Positions 1 through 10,322 of a DNA stretch of 64,000 nt are shown piece after piece. A program made the translations under genes and the position numbers. The stretch lies in NCBI GenBank assembly GCA_963662665.2, contig CAXXJS010000010.1:1-64000 (forward strand), given 5' to 3'. A model generated the notes under the pieces. It did not search any database and was not told the DNA's origin. It saw only the letters and a program-made list of their open reading frames with translations. How positions within the stretch are numbered: position 1 is the stretch's first letter; every line of letters begins with the position of its first letter. The DNA is from Candidatus Latescibacterota bacterium (GTDB lineage: Bacteria > Latescibacterota > UBA2968 > GCA-2709665).

Positions 1-519
1 CTGGGGACCGTGGATGGCCGGACGGCCCTGGTGCTGGTGGAGGACGGGTCCCGCCGGGAGGCCTGGCTGGCGGGCATGCCTGCCGTGAAATATACGGGAA
101 ACATCCCCGGCATGTCTTTTCTCGAGGAGACTTCGAACGTGGCGTTGCTGCGGAGAATGCTTCTCTGGGCGTCCGGCCGCCGGCCCCTTGTGAGGTTGGA
201 TCCCTTTCCGCCGGTGGACGATTACCGAACGCTACGGCCGACAGACCGCCGGGCCGTGCCCACCATCGAGTTGCTTCCAATGGTCAATCACAGCAATTCC
301 GTGCTCGCCATCGTCTTTCCATATACGCCGGTCAGGAACCGGACCGCGCTGGAGATCGTCCTTCACGAAGGAAAGACCGTCTACGACGTCAATGAGATCT
401 GGTCCGGAGAAAACTGGCTTGAACGTGTAGTTTCGTCAAAAGACGGTGTGGCGCGCATACCGCTCGACATTCCGGGCGATTGCGACCTGCTGGCAATACA
501 CATACAGTTCAAAGGTTGA
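1..519 (+). CDS. Hypothetical protein, C-terminal part (5' end outside window)
   Basis: Frame open from base 1 to TGA at 517-519, co-oriented with the downstream operon; no motif recognised. Confidence 0.6.
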   Translation: MGTVDGRTALVLVEDGSRREAWLAGMPAVKYTGNIPGMSFLEETSNVALLRRMLLWASGRRPLVRLDPFPPVDDYRTLRPTDRRAVPTIELLPMVNHSNSVLAIVFPYTPVRNRTALEIVLHEGKTVYDVNEIWSGENWLERVVSSKDGVARIPLDIPGDCDLLAIHIQFKG

Positions 520-554
520 TTGCTTTCGCGCCACAGTCCGGAGGTGTCGTACGA

Positions 555-2534
555 ATGGCTCAGTCAGCCCGAATGGTCATGTCTGATGTCCGAAAAACAG
601 CCGCGTCGACCGGCGATGGCCTGTCGTGCCGGGCGTTCCTGATCGGACTCGGGCTGTGCGCCTTTCTGGGGGTCTGGCTGACGTACAACCGGATGGTGGT
701 CCAGGGCCCTTCCATGGGCTGGTACTTCCTGGATCGGGGCGTGCTGTTCCTCTTTTTCTGTCTGGCAGTATTGATCAACCCCCTGCTCGGCCTGCTGAAA
801 CGCAGCTTCGCCCTGGGCCGGGGCGAGCTGCTGGCCATCTATGCCATGCTGCTGCTCCTGATGCCCGCATGGGCGATGTGCAAGGCATTGCTCGGATTCA
901 TGACCGGCGTGACCTACTACGCCTCACCGGAGATGCGGCACCTGGAGGCCGTCCTCCCCTATTCGCTGCCATGGCTGGCGGTCCTGGACGCCGAGCCCGT
1001 CAGGTGGCTGTACGAAGGATTGCCGAAGGGAGGTTCCGTCCCCTGGTGGGCGTGGGTGGTCCCTCTGTGGAGTTGGGGCTCGTTCCTGGTCGCGCTGTTT
1101 GCAGTACTGGGCTGTGTGGCCGTCATCCTTAGAAAGCAGTGGGAGGAACACGAGCGGTTCGCCTTTCCGATCATGCAGGTTCCCCTCGCGATGGGCGAGC
1201 GAGGAGAGGGTCTGATTGGACAGCTGTTCCGCGGCCGGTTGATGTGGTCGGGCTTTGCGGTTCCGTTCGGCATCGGTTCCGTCAACGCATTGCACAGCTA
1301 TTTCCACACACTGCCCCGAATGAGCCTTCGGGCGATGATCTGGGTCTTCAGGCGCGCGATTCCGCTGTCGATAAGACTCAACTTCGCGCTCCTTGGCTAT
1401 GCCTATTTCGTAAACCTGGACGTGAGCCTCAGCATCTGGCTCTTCAATGTCATCGCCAAATGCATAAACGGCGCGTTCGTCATGCTGGGCGCGGAACGAT
1501 ACGGCGTATCCGGGATGGTGGGTCGGCACAGCTCCCAGGGGTCGGAGCTCCTGGCGTTTATGGGCATGGGGTACATGCTGGCCCTGGCCGGGTACAGCCT
1601 GTGGATTGCCCGGGGACATTTAAAGGCTGTGTGGACAAAGGCTCTGGGTCGCGAGTCGAGCCTGGACGATTCGGAGGAGGTGCTCCCCTATCGGACAGCC
1701 GTGGCTTGTGTGTTCGTGGGGACGCTGTATCTGGGTTGCTGGCTCTACCAGGCGGGACTGCCGCCGCACGTTATCGCCTTGCTGTTTGCCGCCTGCTTCG
1801 TCGTATTCCTCGTGCTCGCGCGGATCGTAAGCGAAACAGGCTATGCCGCCACCTATTCTCCGCTGAATCCGTCGGAGTTTGTGGTCTGCGCGGTAGGGTC
1901 CTCGGCGTTCGGTCCCACGGGGCTGGTTACGAACGGACTGAATTACGTATGGACGATGACCCGGCTGAATACGATGATGCCCCGTGCTTCCGCGGCGCTC
2001 AGGCTGGCCCGGGAAATGGGAAAGACTCGAGGCCTGATCTGGGCAATGGGCGCGGCCCTCGCCGTGGGCCTGGTCGTCGCCAGCCACACGACGCTGGATC
2101 TCGGGTACGCCCACGGTGGCCGAAACCTCGATTACTGGTTCCGCGACGTGAACGACGCCGCCCTGCCGTTCGACGAATACGTGGGGCGCCGCCTGCTGGA
2201 TCCGAGTGCGGTCTTCTACAGGGGATTCGTATATACAGGATTGGGTCTGGGCATTGCCGTGCTGCTCATGGTCCTGCGAATGCGCCTGCCATGGTGGCCC
2301 CTGCACCCGGTGGCGTTGCCGGTGAGTACAATCTGGATGACGGAGCACTATTATTTCAGTGTTTTTCTGGCCTGGGGGATCAAAGCGCTGGTGATGAAGT
2401 TCGGCGGGGCGTCCCTGTACCGGAAAACCAGGCCGTTCTTTATCGGGATTATCGTGGGTGAGGCGGTTTGTTTGGGAATGTGGAGTATTATTGACTATTT
2501 TACCGGGAAAGTCGGCAACTTGTTCCTGCTCTGA
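555..2534 (+). CDS. DUF6785/DUF6784-type polytopic membrane protein (putative OPT-like transporter), copy 1
   Basis: Many hydrophobic segments; motifs LRKQWEEHERFAFPIMQVP, WWPLHPV, KFGG..YRKTRPFFIG; GGAGG upstream of ATG 555. Confidence 0.8.
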   Translation: MAQSARMVMSDVRKTAASTGDGLSCRAFLIGLGLCAFLGVWLTYNRMVVQGPSMGWYFLDRGVLFLFFCLAVLINPLLGLLKRSFALGRGELLAIYAMLLLLMPAWAMCKALLGFMTGVTYYASPEMRHLEAVLPYSLPWLAVLDAEPVRWLYEGLPKGGSVPWWAWVVPLWSWGSFLVALFAVLGCVAVILRKQWEEHERFAFPIMQVPLAMGERGEGLIGQLFRGRLMWSGFAVPFGIGSVNALHSYFHTLPRMSLRAMIWVFRRAIPLSIRLNFALLGYAYFVNLDVSLSIWLFNVIAKCINGAFVMLGAERYGVSGMVGRHSSQGSELLAFMGMGYMLALAGYSLWIARGHLKAVWTKALGRESSLDDSEEVLPYRTAVACVFVGTLYLGCWLYQAGLPPHVIALLFAACFVVFLVLARIVSETGYAATYSPLNPSEFVVCAVGSSAFGPTGLVTNGLNYVWTMTRLNTMMPRASAALRLAREMGKTRGLIWAMGAALAVGLVVASHTTLDLGYAHGGRNLDYWFRDVNDAALPFDEYVGRRLLDPSAVFYRGFVYTGLGLGIAVLLMVLRMRLPWWPLHPVALPVSTIWMTEHYYFSVFLAWGIKALVMKFGGASLYRKTRPFFIGIIVGEAVCLGMWSIIDYFTGKVGNLFLL

Positions 2535-2591
2535 CGATTGAAACGTCCATCGATGATCGAACGATCACTCTTGCCGGAAGGAGCCGAAACC

Positions 2592-3494
2592 ATGCTTTCT
2601 CAGGATCAGATTGATTTCTACCGTATCAACGGCTATCTGGGCGTGGAGGACGTTCTCTCCCGCGACGAGGTCGAGGAACTTCGCCGGGTGACCGACGCTT
2701 TCGTCGAAGCATCGCGGCAGGTCACCGAAACCGACAGTGTATTCGACCTGGAACCGGGCCATACGCCCGAATTCCCGCAGTTGCGCCGTCTAATAGATCC
2801 CTCCAGGCAGCACGACGCGTACGCCCGCGGCCTGCGGCACGAAAAGATACTCGACATCACCGCGCAGCTCATCGGACCCGGCATCCGGACGAACGGAGAC
2901 AAGCTGAATATGAAATCCGCGGAGGTGGGCAGCCCCGTGGAATGGCACCAGGACTGGGCGTTCTACCCCCACACCAACGACGATCTGCTCGCCGTCGGCG
3001 TCGCAATAGACGACATGACCCTCGAGAACGGCTGTCTGCTTGTCGTTCCGGGGTCTCACAAGGGGCGCATCCACGACCACCACCTCAACGGTCGCTTTGC
3101 CGGTGCGGTCACGGAGCCGGATTTCACCGGCGAAGGCGCCGTACCCATTGAACTCAAGGCAGGTGGCATCTCCATCCACCACGTCCGGATGCTGCACGCC
3201 TCTACCCCAAACACTTCCGGCAAGCCCAGGCGTCTTCTGCTCTATATGTATTGCGCGCTGGATGCCTTTCCGCTGGTTCAGCCCATAAATACCTGGGAAG
3301 AGTTCAACCGCAAGATCCTCCGCGGGGAACCCACCCGGGAACCGCGTATGGTCAGCGTCCCGATCCGGGTCCCGCTTCCTCCGGCGGAACGCAGCGGATC
3401 AATATATGAAATTCAGACCGTCCTCGAGGAGAGTAAGGTTACTCCGGATGATGTGGATTCACCTGGTGAAGTCACCTCGCTAACGTCGAGGTAG
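2592..3494 (+). CDS. Phytanoyl-CoA dioxygenase (PhyH) family Fe(II)/2-oxoglutarate oxygenase
   Basis: WHQD (HxD), ENGCLLVVPGSHK, distal His in LHAS, N-terminal LSQDQIDFYRINGYL. Confidence 0.9.
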   Translation: MLSQDQIDFYRINGYLGVEDVLSRDEVEELRRVTDAFVEASRQVTETDSVFDLEPGHTPEFPQLRRLIDPSRQHDAYARGLRHEKILDITAQLIGPGIRTNGDKLNMKSAEVGSPVEWHQDWAFYPHTNDDLLAVGVAIDDMTLENGCLLVVPGSHKGRIHDHHLNGRFAGAVTEPDFTGEGAVPIELKAGGISIHHVRMLHASTPNTSGKPRRLLLYMYCALDAFPLVQPINTWEEFNRKILRGEPTREPRMVSVPIRVPLPPAERSGSIYEIQTVLEESKVTPDDVDSPGEVTSLTSR

Positions 3495-3572
3495 GACTCT
3501 GGAACGGATGCAGTAGGATATCCCGTCGATAGTCGAATTCCAGGATGTGCGGTACAAAGGAGGACGTGAGGG

Positions 3573-5552
3573 ATGGCCGACGTCCCGGCGAAAAGCCTTC
3601 AAGATCGGGCGCCTGGTGAACGCAGCGGCATGCGTGAGGAGGTACGGGACGGACTGACTGGCAGGGCCTTCCTGATCGGGCTCGCGCTGTGCCTCTTTCT
3701 GGCAGTTGTCATCCCCTACAACCGAATGGTGATCCAGGGCACGTCGCTCCACTTCTATTTTGTGGACCGTGGCGTCCTGTTCGTTTTTTTCTTACTGATC
3801 CTTCTCTGCAACGTCGTGCTGAAGCCGGGGTACTCCCTGAAACGGGGAGAACTCCTGTGCATCTTCTCAATGCTTCTGGTGTCGATGCCCGCCCTGTGGA
3901 TGGTCAAGTGGCTAATCGCCTTCCTGACCGGCATGACCTACTACGCTTCGCCGGAGCGCCCTGACCTCGAGGCGGTGCTGCCCCATGTTTTCCCGTGGAC
4001 GGCCCCCCGGAATGCCGAGGCCGTGCGTGGGTTCTACGAGGGGCTCCCGCCCGATGTCTCCATCCCGTGGCTGGCGTGGCTGGCCCCGTTGGCGAGTTGG
4101 GGGTCTTTTTTTTTGGTGTTGTTCGGGGTGCTGATATGCATCGCCGTGATGTTTCGCAAGCAGTGGTCGGAGCACGAGCGGTTCGCGTTCCCGATTCTGC
4201 AGGTGCCGCTGGAAATGGCGGAAACGGGGCGCGGGCGGCTGAATCCCCTGTTCAGGAACCGGTTGATGTGGGCGGGTTTTGCAATTCCACTTCTGATTGG
4301 TACGATCAATGGGCTGAATCACTATTTCCATACACTGCCCAGAATCCAGATGGGGACGATGCTCTGGATCTTCCAGGGCACGACGCCGTTGCCACTCAGA
4401 ATGCACTTTGCAATTCTTGGGTATTCCTACTTTGTGAACCTGGACGTGAGCCTCAGCATCTGGCTGTTCAATGTGATCTCCAAGGTCATCAGGGGAACGC
4501 TCGCAGTTCTGGGCGCGGAGTATGCGGATGCGTCCGGAATGGTGGGCCGGTTCAGTTCACGGGGCTCGTCCTTTCTGGCGCTGACCGGGATGGGCTATAT
4601 GCTGGTGCTGGCCGCCTACAGCGCGTGGACGGCGCGCGGCCACCTGCGCGGAATTTTTTCCAGGGCGTTCGGGATACCGTCAACCGCCGACGATTCCGGA
4701 GAAGTTATCTCTTACCGGGCGGCCGTATTCGGAGCCCTGGGCGGGCTGGTTTACCTCGGGTGCTGGCTCCATCAGGCGGGAATCTCGCTCGCGTTGATCG
4801 TGTTTCTGTTCTTCTCGTGCATCGTGGTGTTTTTTGTACTTGCCCGGATTGTGAGCGAGACGGGATTCGTGGCCGCGTATTCGCCGATCAATCCCGCCGA
4901 GTTTGTGGTTTGCGCAACGGGGTCGGCGGCGTTCAGCCCGGCAGGGCTCGTGACCCTCGGGTTCGGCTACGCCTGGACAATGACCCGGGTCAGCAACGTG
5001 ATGCCCCGCGCGCTGGGGGCGTTGTGGCTGTCAAGGGGGATGGGGCGCAAACGGGGCTTGATCTGGGCTCTCGGCGCGGCAATGGCGGTTGGACTGATTG
5101 TGGCAAGCACGATAACGCTGGACCTGGGCTATGCGCGCGGCGGCCTGAACCTGGACCGCCACTTCCGCGATTATTCCCGCATTCCTTTCGATGCCTTTGT
5201 AGGCCCGCGCATGCTGGAGCCGAGTCCGGTCTTCACAAGAGGACTGGTGTATACCGGACTCGGGATGGGGGTTGCGGGCCTGTTGACCCTGCTGAGAATG
5301 CGGCTTAGATGGTGGCCTCTGCACCCGGTGGCGCTGCCTCTAAGTACGATCTGGTACACGGATACCTATTTTTTCAGTGTGTTCCTGGCCTGGGGGATGA
5401 AGGCGATCGTACTGAAATTCGGAGGGGCGACGCTTTTCCGCAGGACCCGGCCGATTTTCATGGGGATAATTCTTGGAGAGGCGACCGGTGCGGGTGTGTG
5501 GGCCATCGTGGACTATTTCACCGGAACGATTGGCAACCGGGTCTTCGTCTAG
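3573..5552 (+). CDS. DUF6785/DUF6784-type polytopic membrane protein, copy 2
   Basis: Collinear paralog of 555-2534 (FRKQWSEHERFAFPILQVP, VNLDVSLSIWLFNVI, WWPLHPV). Confidence 0.8.
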   Translation: MADVPAKSLQDRAPGERSGMREEVRDGLTGRAFLIGLALCLFLAVVIPYNRMVIQGTSLHFYFVDRGVLFVFFLLILLCNVVLKPGYSLKRGELLCIFSMLLVSMPALWMVKWLIAFLTGMTYYASPERPDLEAVLPHVFPWTAPRNAEAVRGFYEGLPPDVSIPWLAWLAPLASWGSFFLVLFGVLICIAVMFRKQWSEHERFAFPILQVPLEMAETGRGRLNPLFRNRLMWAGFAIPLLIGTINGLNHYFHTLPRIQMGTMLWIFQGTTPLPLRMHFAILGYSYFVNLDVSLSIWLFNVISKVIRGTLAVLGAEYADASGMVGRFSSRGSSFLALTGMGYMLVLAAYSAWTARGHLRGIFSRAFGIPSTADDSGEVISYRAAVFGALGGLVYLGCWLHQAGISLALIVFLFFSCIVVFFVLARIVSETGFVAAYSPINPAEFVVCATGSAAFSPAGLVTLGFGYAWTMTRVSNVMPRALGALWLSRGMGRKRGLIWALGAAMAVGLIVASTITLDLGYARGGLNLDRHFRDYSRIPFDAFVGPRMLEPSPVFTRGLVYTGLGMGVAGLLTLLRMRLRWWPLHPVALPLSTIWYTDTYFFSVFLAWGMKAIVLKFGGATLFRRTRPIFMGIILGEATGAGVWAIVDYFTGTIGNRVFV

Positions 5553-5579
5553 TCGACAATAGTGGAAGGAGCAGACGGC

Positions 5580-7127
5580 ATGGAAATTTTCGACATGAAC
5601 TGTATGCTTGGACCCACGCGTACCGACCGCGAGCCGTGCTTCCGGACACCCGGGGAGCTGCTGGCCGAGATGGATCGTCTGGGCATCTCGGAAGCCCTGG
5701 TCCACGCGAGCCACGTCGCCATGGGACACCCGGCGGACGGAAACGCCTGGGTGGTTGAGGCCACGCGTTCCCACCCGCGCCTGCATCCCTGTTGGGCCGT
5801 GCTGCCGCCGGGAACGGGGGAACTGCCCGAGCCGCAGGAACTCGTGGCGCAGATGCGCGCGCATGGGGTGCGGGCGGCCAGGATTTTCCCGGGAGTACAC
5901 GTTTTTCCGTTGCTGGAACGAATTCTGCGGCCGCTGCTGAAGGCCCTTGCGAAAGCGGGAATTCCGTTGATTCTGGACCAGGGGCGCACAAGCTGGAGCC
6001 AGCTCACCGACTGGCGTGCGGTCTTCGAAATCGCAGAAGCCCACCCCGCGCTGCCGCTCGTGTTGATTCGTGAAGGCGGCACTACCGCGCGGGCGTTGTT
6101 TGGAGTTTGGGACGCGTTTCCAAACATCCATATCGAGGCTTCCTACATCCAGGAATCGCGGATTGTGGAGGAGATTTCCGAACGGTTCGGGCACCGCCGC
6201 CTGTTGTTCGGGACCGGGATGCCCGCATGGGACCCTGGAGGCCCGCTGGGCCTTCTGGCGGGCGCGCGAATATCAGAAAACATAAGAGCCGATATCGCCG
6301 GGAACACACTTCGGCGGCTGCTGGGTCTGCCGGAACGGGAACCTGGAACGGCGCCGGTCTGGCGCTGCGGCGCAAACGGATTCCGCGTGTTTGACGTGCA
6401 CGGACATCTGGGCAGATTTCATTCGAAGTATCACAGGGATTGGTCAGCCGAACAGATGGTATCGCGAATGGACGAAGTGGGGGTGGAGCGGTTCGCGGTC
6501 AGCCACTTTCTGGCCATCGGCGCCGATTATTGTGAAGGAAATTCCCGGATCGGTGCGGGCGTGGCGTCCTATCCGGACCGGCTCGTGGGATACGTGGTCT
6601 ACAACCCGAATTACGAATCGGAGATGGCCGATGAGATGGCGCGCGGATTCGACGAACTCGGCTGCCGGGGCATCAAGCTCCACTGCGGGCTTCACGACAC
6701 GTCAACCGAGGACCCAGGCTACCGCCTGGCGTTTCAGACGGCGCACGAGCGCAACTGTCCCATGCTGTGCCATGTCAACCGAGGACCGTCTCCTGCCTTC
6801 CTCATGGATACGCTCGCGGCGTTCCCGGATGCCAAGTTCATCTATGCGCATATCGGCGGAGGCACCCGTGAGGAACTAAAGCCCTTCCTCGACGTCGCGC
6901 ACGCGCGGCCGAATTTGTTTTTCGACCTGGGTTACTCGAAAATGGCGCGTGGCACCCTTGCCTGGCTGGTCGAGCACGCGCCACCCACGCAGATCCTGTA
7001 CGGATCGGACCACCCGGTAAACGGATTTCCCTATCAACTCGGAAGGGTACTGTACGCCGACATTCCCGATGCATTGAAGCGCGTAATCCTCTGGGACAAT
7101 GCGGCGAGGATATTCGGCGTGCAGTAA
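5580..7127 (+). CDS. Two-domain amidohydrolase (amidohydro_2-like fusion)
   Basis: Two TIM-barrel-like halves: the first ends RLLFGTGMP..GNTLRRLLG; the second has FDVHGHLG, GIKLH, AHIGG, ILYGSDHP, ILWDNAARIF. Confidence 0.85.
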   Translation: MEIFDMNCMLGPTRTDREPCFRTPGELLAEMDRLGISEALVHASHVAMGHPADGNAWVVEATRSHPRLHPCWAVLPPGTGELPEPQELVAQMRAHGVRAARIFPGVHVFPLLERILRPLLKALAKAGIPLILDQGRTSWSQLTDWRAVFEIAEAHPALPLVLIREGGTTARALFGVWDAFPNIHIEASYIQESRIVEEISERFGHRRLLFGTGMPAWDPGGPLGLLAGARISENIRADIAGNTLRRLLGLPEREPGTAPVWRCGANGFRVFDVHGHLGRFHSKYHRDWSAEQMVSRMDEVGVERFAVSHFLAIGADYCEGNSRIGAGVASYPDRLVGYVVYNPNYESEMADEMARGFDELGCRGIKLHCGLHDTSTEDPGYRLAFQTAHERNCPMLCHVNRGPSPAFLMDTLAAFPDAKFIYAHIGGGTREELKPFLDVAHARPNLFFDLGYSKMARGTLAWLVEHAPPTQILYGSDHPVNGFPYQLGRVLYADIPDALKRVILWDNAARIFGVQ

Positions 7128-7159
7128 TACTCCCTCATCAGTCGCGGAGGTTTTTAGCC

Positions 7160-8872
7160 ATGAAAATCGGCATCCTGACCCATCCGCCCGATCTTTCGGA
7201 CTACGTCGCCGAGATCTTCAAGACCTGGGGACTTGCCGCGTTCGATCGGATCGGCGAGGAACAGGTGGAGGCCCTGTATCCTGCGTCGACTCCCGTACTG
7301 GTCTGCCCGGCATCCGAAAGAGATGTGCAGACGCAGGAATTCCTGATTGGTTATGCACGGCGCGGCGGCACCGTCGTGACGTTCCTTCCCGGAGACGTAC
7401 TTGCCCACGCCGCGGGGCTGGCCTGCGAGGGCGCCAAGGCCGCGCCGCTTCGCCTGCGTCCGGTACGATATCCCCCGGGGGGCGTCTCTGGCGAGGACTT
7501 CCCGGTTGTTGGGGCGGCGGAACATTACATCCGGCAGTCTGACGCGGGAGTCGGTATCGCCTATCTTTACCATCCGGACGCATTTGAGGGAGAGTCCGTC
7601 GGGATTTTCGAAACGCCGTACGGAAAAGGACGGATCCTCACATTCGCTTTCGACCTGCCCGCGTGCGTATTCACCCTGCGTCAGGGAGACCCGTGTCAGA
7701 TCGAACGGGCCGTGGGCGGAAACGTCCGGGCGGACTCCATTGGAATCGACCTGGGGCCGACGGACAGCGGCCTGCTGCCCTTTGCGGATCTGCTGGCCCG
7801 GTGGCTCGTGGAACTGGTCTGCCGGTTCGTTCCGGCGCCCGTCCCGCTGCTCTGGCACCTGCCGGGCGAGGCAACTGCGATCGTGCTCTATTCGGGCGAC
7901 GAGGACGGAGCGGAGCTTTCCGCCACGGAGCAGGAATTCCGGGAGGTAACCGCGGCCGGTGCGCGCATGAATCTCTACATCATTCCCATTGGAACGGACT
8001 CGACGGCCGCGGACGTGCAGCGGTATTTGAAAGACCACGACGTGGGTCCGCACCCGAACCTCCGGTCCATGGACGAACGGCCGATAGCGGAGCGCGTTGC
8101 CGAATTCGAGCGACAGATTCTGTTGTTCGAGGAAATGTACGGGTTCAAGCCCAGGAGCGTACGCAACCACTGCCTTTCCTGGGCGGGTTACATGGAACTG
8201 GTGGAGGCTCAGGCGCGTCTGGGCATCCGGATGGATGCGAACTACCTGTGCTCGGCCTACATGCGGGACCGTTGCAGCAGCCCGTACCACCTGAGAGGGG
8301 CGGCCATGCCAATGCGTTTCTGTCGTCCTGAGGGGCGCTTGATTGACGTGCTCCAGCAGCATACCCACCTGTCCGACGACGTCTGGTTCCAGGAAAACGC
8401 ACCCAAGTCCTTCCACTATTCGCCGGAGATGTACGGCGTACTCGCGGACCGCATCCTCTGCGACAGCGCCTCCCGCTTCCACGTGCCTTACGGCGTGATT
8501 CTGCACCCGGGCAACTGGGTGAGATTCTCAAGGCCGCACGGGCTCGTTCTGCTGGAAAAAGCCGCGGAAAGAAACATTCCCGTCTGGTCGTACGATCAGT
8601 GGTGCGATTTCTGGCTGCTGAGGGACCGGTGGCGCGTGGCGCGTCTGTCCTGGCGGGACCACACGCTGACGTTCACGGCAACGGGCGCGCCGGACGACGG
8701 AATTCTGCGCTGGTTGATTCCTGCGGCATTCGGCGGAGAAGCGCTGGAGCAAGTCCGGGTGGATGACCGGCCGACGCCGTTTGAGATCGTCACCCGATAC
8801 GGTCAGGACTTCGCGCAGGTGGCATTGGGTAACGGCATCGACAGTTGCGGAATATCGGCCGTTTACAGCTGA
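7160..8872 (+). CDS. Hypothetical protein with polysaccharide deacetylase-like central domain
   Basis: 570 aa ORF with SGDED, DVGPHP and VRNHCL motifs reminiscent of CE4-like folds; GGAG RBS. Confidence 0.55.
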   Translation: MKIGILTHPPDLSDYVAEIFKTWGLAAFDRIGEEQVEALYPASTPVLVCPASERDVQTQEFLIGYARRGGTVVTFLPGDVLAHAAGLACEGAKAAPLRLRPVRYPPGGVSGEDFPVVGAAEHYIRQSDAGVGIAYLYHPDAFEGESVGIFETPYGKGRILTFAFDLPACVFTLRQGDPCQIERAVGGNVRADSIGIDLGPTDSGLLPFADLLARWLVELVCRFVPAPVPLLWHLPGEATAIVLYSGDEDGAELSATEQEFREVTAAGARMNLYIIPIGTDSTAADVQRYLKDHDVGPHPNLRSMDERPIAERVAEFERQILLFEEMYGFKPRSVRNHCLSWAGYMELVEAQARLGIRMDANYLCSAYMRDRCSSPYHLRGAAMPMRFCRPEGRLIDVLQQHTHLSDDVWFQENAPKSFHYSPEMYGVLADRILCDSASRFHVPYGVILHPGNWVRFSRPHGLVLLEKAAERNIPVWSYDQWCDFWLLRDRWRVARLSWRDHTLTFTATGAPDDGILRWLIPAAFGGEALEQVRVDDRPTPFEIVTRYGQDFAQVALGNGIDSCGISAVYS

Positions 8873-8956
8873 ACGATGCCGTGTCGCCGGGTCAGGTCCG
8901 CCACGAGGCGGGTTGACGACGAAAAGCCACCGGACAGAACACGAGGAGATCACGGA

Positions 8957-9598
8957 ATGCAAAAGCTGGTCTTCCTGGGCATCGGATCGAACAATTCCGA
9001 CATTCTGGACGCCGTGCAGGAAATTAACGCCCTGAAACCGACCTATGAGGTGCTGGGATACGTGACGCGCAACGGCAAGCCCGTGAATAAGGGCGGCCTG
9101 AAGCACCTGGGGGACTTTGACACCGTTCGCACCCTGCCGGAGGACGTACGGATTACCGGCTTTTCGTTCGGCCCTGGGAGTTATCAAACCTGGCCGGGCA
9201 CCGTTGCCGAACTGGGCCTGCCGCGGGAACGCTTCGCCACGATTATCCATCCCCACGCGTTCGTTTCCGCGCAAAGCACGGTGGGACGCGGATCGGTTGT
9301 TCTGGCGGGAACGACGGTTGGGGCATTCGTAACCATTGGCGACCACGTGATCATCCTGCAGAACGTTGGACTGTCCCACGACGACGTGATCGAGGACTAC
9401 TCCTGCCTTGCGGTGGGGGTGAGCTTTTCGGGTAGCGTACGGGTGCGACGAAACTGTTTTCTGGGAACGAACGCCACGATTATCGGCGCAACGATCGGCG
9501 AGGGAAGCATGGTGGGCGCCGGAACCCTGATCCTGCGCGATGTGCCCGCGGGAGAGGTCTGGGTGGGCAATCCCGGGAGGTTTTTGCGGAACGTGTGA
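8957..9598 (+). CDS. NeuD/PglD-family hexapeptide-repeat acetyltransferase
   Basis: FATIIHP, left-handed beta-helix repeats, C-terminal VWVGNPGR; GAGGAG upstream. Confidence 0.9.
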   Translation: MQKLVFLGIGSNNSDILDAVQEINALKPTYEVLGYVTRNGKPVNKGGLKHLGDFDTVRTLPEDVRITGFSFGPGSYQTWPGTVAELGLPRERFATIIHPHAFVSAQSTVGRGSVVLAGTTVGAFVTIGDHVIILQNVGLSHDDVIEDYSCLAVGVSFSGSVRVRRNCFLGTNATIIGATIGEGSMVGAGTLILRDVPAGEVWVGNPGRFLRNV

Positions 9599-9614
9599 CG
9601 GCGCATCACCAACG

Positions 9615-10280
9615 TCAGCCGCGGAGTCCGCGGTCGCCTGGCGTTTTGCCGATCACAATATTGAAATTCGCCGTTAATTCTCCAATTTCCGATCCGGCCA
9701 GCGGCTTGAACGGCACCGCCAGGAGATCGTGTGACGCGCGACCGGACCTCCGGAATATGGCGTCTTTCTCGTTATCCGGGTTGCCCTTTACGTACATCTG
9801 CGTGGTCAGTGCCCGGCGTCCGTTCCTGTTGATGGCGAAATGAATATGGGCCGCCCGGCCGCCCGAGTATCTGACGGGCTTGATCGTACGAAAACGGTAT
9901 TTACCCGTGGAGCCCGTTTCGAATCGTCCGAATCCCTGGAAGTTCCGGTCCCGCCTGTTTCTTTGCGGGGCATCGCTATGAATGTAGACGCCGTTGCTGT
10001 CGACCTGCCAGATCTCCACCTGGGCACTCTTCACGGGTTGGCCCCGGACATCGGTGACGCGTCCGGTCAGATGCGTGATTTCTCCCACCGCCGGCGTGAT
10101 CGCGTCATTGATGATCAGCAGGTCGTTATCCACGTCCAGCGGCATCCGGTCCGGATAGAAGGGACCCTCGGTCTGCCGAGGCGTTCGAGTCAGTTCCTCG
10201 GCAAAAGCCCCCGGCGCCACAAGCGCCCCGGCGCCCAGCGTGCCTGCCTGAAACAGAAACCGCCTGCGATCAATCGACAT
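9615..10280 (-). CDS. Intradiol ring-cleavage dioxygenase family protein with Tat signal
   Basis: SIDRRRFL twin-arginine leader; TEGPFYP, VEIWQ..GVY, TIKPVRY, AHIHF (Tyr, Tyr, His, His iron ligands). Confidence 0.88.
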   Translation of the reverse strand: MSIDRRRFLFQAGTLGAGALVAPGAFAEELTRTPRQTEGPFYPDRMPLDVDNDLLIINDAITPAVGEITHLTGRVTDVRGQPVKSAQVEIWQVDSNGVYIHSDAPQRNRRDRNFQGFGRFETGSTGKYRFRTIKPVRYSGGRAAHIHFAINRNGRRALTTQMYVKGNPDNEKDAIFRRSGRASHDLLAVPFKPLAGSEIGELTANFNIVIGKTPGDRGLRG

Positions 10281-10322
10281 CACGGCTTCTCCATGGAGTG
10301 AATTCACGGTCGGAAAGAGTTC

